From: Candidatus Undivivens industriae | Lineage (GTDB): Bacteria; Omnitrophota; Gorgyraeia; Gygaellales; Profunditerraquicolaceae | Direction: 5' to 3' | DNA length: 47,810 nucleotides | NCBI GenBank assembly: GCA_012514745.1 | Contig: JAAYZR010000029.1 | Coordinates: 1 to 47,810 of the forward strand | Part shown: piece by piece, positions 46,234-47,810 of the stretch | Position numbering within the stretch: position 1 is the stretch's first letter | Layout of the letters: the number at the start of each line of letters is the position of its first letter | Position numbers and translations under genes: made by a program | The notes under the pieces: model-generated | Told to the model about the DNA's origin: nothing | Databases searched by the model: none | Seen by the model: only the letters and a program-made list of their open reading frames with translations

Positions 46234-47580
46234 ATGAAGAACACATTTTATCTAAATCTTTCTACCGCCGACAGCCTCGGCATAGCGCTCTTCAAATATA
46301 GTATCTTTCCGGACGAGCGTTTTATAATTACTAATTCCGCTCTTGCCTTAATGCTTGGCTATAACGCCAAGTCGGAGATAAAAAGATTTACTTTTGCCGA
46401 TCTCTTCGTCAGCCAAACCGAGAAAGAGGAGTTTCTGGGGACATTGAAACGCAACGGTAACGTCCATTTCTTTGAGACCAGGTTCCGCAAAAGCGACGGC
46501 AAGTCGCTTTGGGTGGCGATCACCGCTTCCGTGATCACCTCGCGCGAAAGGGATAAGTATGTCGAAGGGATCATCGAGGATATCTCCTCGCACAAGGAGA
46601 TGGAGGAGAAACTGGCATTGGAAAAGGATATGCTTCAGAATCTGCTTGATAATATGCCGGACGCCATTTACTTCAAAGACGATACCAATCATATCATCAA
46701 ATTCAACCGTTTTTACGCCAAAGGCGTGAATCTTCCTCCGGATCAGATCTTCGGCAAAACCGATTTCGATTTCTTCCCGGCGGCGCAGGCGGAAGTTATG
46801 TTCGAGGATGACAACAAAGTCCTGGCAACCGGGGAACCTATTGTGGGAAAGATCGAGCGCACAAAACTGCCGAACGGAACGTGGAACCAGGTGATTACCA
46901 CCAAGATACCCATGTATGACGGCAACGGGAAGGTCACAGGCACTATGGGGATAACCCGTGATATGACCGCTTACGCCAATCTGGAGAGGGAACGGGTGGA
47001 TATGCTCATCAGCGCTCTTATGGTGCTTGCCAAGGTGCTGGAGATGAGAGATCCGTATACATTCGGGCATGCCAGGAACGTGGCTGTGATCGCCGAGCGC
47101 ATAGCCGAGAAACTGGGATGGGACGAGAACCGCTTGCTGGGGATGCGCCTGGCGGGGCAGCTTCATGACCTGGGAAAGATCAGTATTCCCCTGGATATCC
47201 TTAATAAACCCGGAAAGCTGAGCGAGCTGGAATACCAGTTAATTAAGGAACATGTCAATAAATGCTACGATCTGATAAAGGATATCAAATTCCCGTTTTC
47301 CCTGGCCGAGACGATCTTGCAGCATCACGAACGCCTCGACGGATCGGGTTATCCAAATAATCTGCGCAGCGAACAGATTCTTCTGGAAGCCCGCATACTG
47401 GCGGTGAGCGACGTCCTTGAATCTATGACCGCCTACAGGCCTTACCGCGAGGCGCTGGGTATAGATAGAGCCCTTGAGGAATTACAGGATGGCGCCGGGA
47501 AGAAATACGATGAGCGCATAGTATCGCTGGTCCGCGATCTCACTTTTTCTTCCCCGAACCGCGAATTCTGGTTGAATTAA
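46234..47580 (+). CDS. PAS-PAS-HD-GYP phosphodiesterase
   Basis: Two PAS/PAC domains (RKSDGKSLWV...EDIS; MPDAIYFKD...GITRD), then DPYTFGH, HDLGKI and HHERLDGSGYP. Confidence 0.93.
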   Translation: MKNTFYLNLSTADSLGIALFKYSIFPDERFIITNSALALMLGYNAKSEIKRFTFADLFVSQTEKEEFLGTLKRNGNVHFFETRFRKSDGKSLWVAITASVITSRERDKYVEGIIEDISSHKEMEEKLALEKDMLQNLLDNMPDAIYFKDDTNHIIKFNRFYAKGVNLPPDQIFGKTDFDFFPAAQAEVMFEDDNKVLATGEPIVGKIERTKLPNGTWNQVITTKIPMYDGNGKVTGTMGITRDMTAYANLERERVDMLISALMVLAKVLEMRDPYTFGHARNVAVIAERIAEKLGWDENRLLGMRLAGQLHDLGKISIPLDILNKPGKLSELEYQLIKEHVNKCYDLIKDIKFPFSLAETILQHHERLDGSGYPNNLRSEQILLEARILAVSDVLESMTAYRPYREALGIDRALEELQDGAGKKYDERIVSLVRDLTFSSPNREFWLN

Positions 47581-47632
47581 TCCCCTCGCCCAGAAATCCC
47601 CGGGTTTTAACCCGGGTGCACCTTGGCCAATC

Positions 47633-47717
47633 GGGATAACACCTTGCCCTTGTGCGGAATTGGGCAAGTGTTCACCTTGGGATAACACCCTGCCTTATTG
47701 GAGAGGCAGGTGTTCAC
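47633..47717. repeat. Tandem pair of REP-like hairpins GGGATAACAC...GTGTTCAC
   Basis: Copies at 47633-47675 and 47679-47717; stems ttgccc/gggcaa versus ctgcc/ggcag show a compensatory change; the loops differ. Confidence 0.7.
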
Positions 47718-47776
47718 TCGTGTGAAGCTCCGGGGAGGTTGCCGGAATAAGCAGCCAGCCGAATAAGCGCTGTGTA

Positions 47777-47800
47777 CCGGCGAAGCATTGGCTTCGCCGG
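47777..47800. repeat. GC-rich perfect hairpin (REP-like or terminator-like)
   Basis: ccggcgaagc-attg-gcttcgccgg. Confidence 0.6.
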
Positions 47801-47810
47801 AAAATAGAAG

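Overview
Bacterial chromosomal window, with all supported genes on the + strand. The 16S carries PVC-superphylum signatures, and together with the gene content this points to Ca. Omnitrophota (inferred, not proven). In order: (1) the end of a type IV filament locus (charged coiled-coil repeat protein, PilC/GspF, four prepilin-like proteins, a small secreted protein), followed directly by a 5282-aa secreted, phage-fibre-like protein. This protein is an array of about 43 different AT-rich GNVGIGT-bounded modules, punctuated by 11 near-identical GC-rich 207-bp constant repeats, and ends in a Peptidase_G2-like autocleaving chaperone. (2) A coiled-coil membrane protein, aroA, mreBCD-mrdA-rodA and a TIGR03960-like radical SAM gene. 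(3) A second pilus locus tied to cyclic-dinucleotide signalling: degenerate HAMP-GAF-GGDEF, stand-alone MshEN protein, two PilB-like ATPases, pseudo-REC-HD-GYP and PilC. (4) A full rRNA operon (16S, tRNA-Ile, tRNA-Ala, 23S, 5S). Its 23S has three group I introns (L1917 with a LAGLIDADG ORF, L1931 and L2500), and its 23S-5S spacer is a 3 x 204-bp tandem array carrying truncated 5S copies. (5) A PAS-PAS-HD-GYP gene and several REP-like or IS-end-like palindromes. The best candidate for an undescribed system is the pilus-linked, cassette-array giant fibre adhesin.
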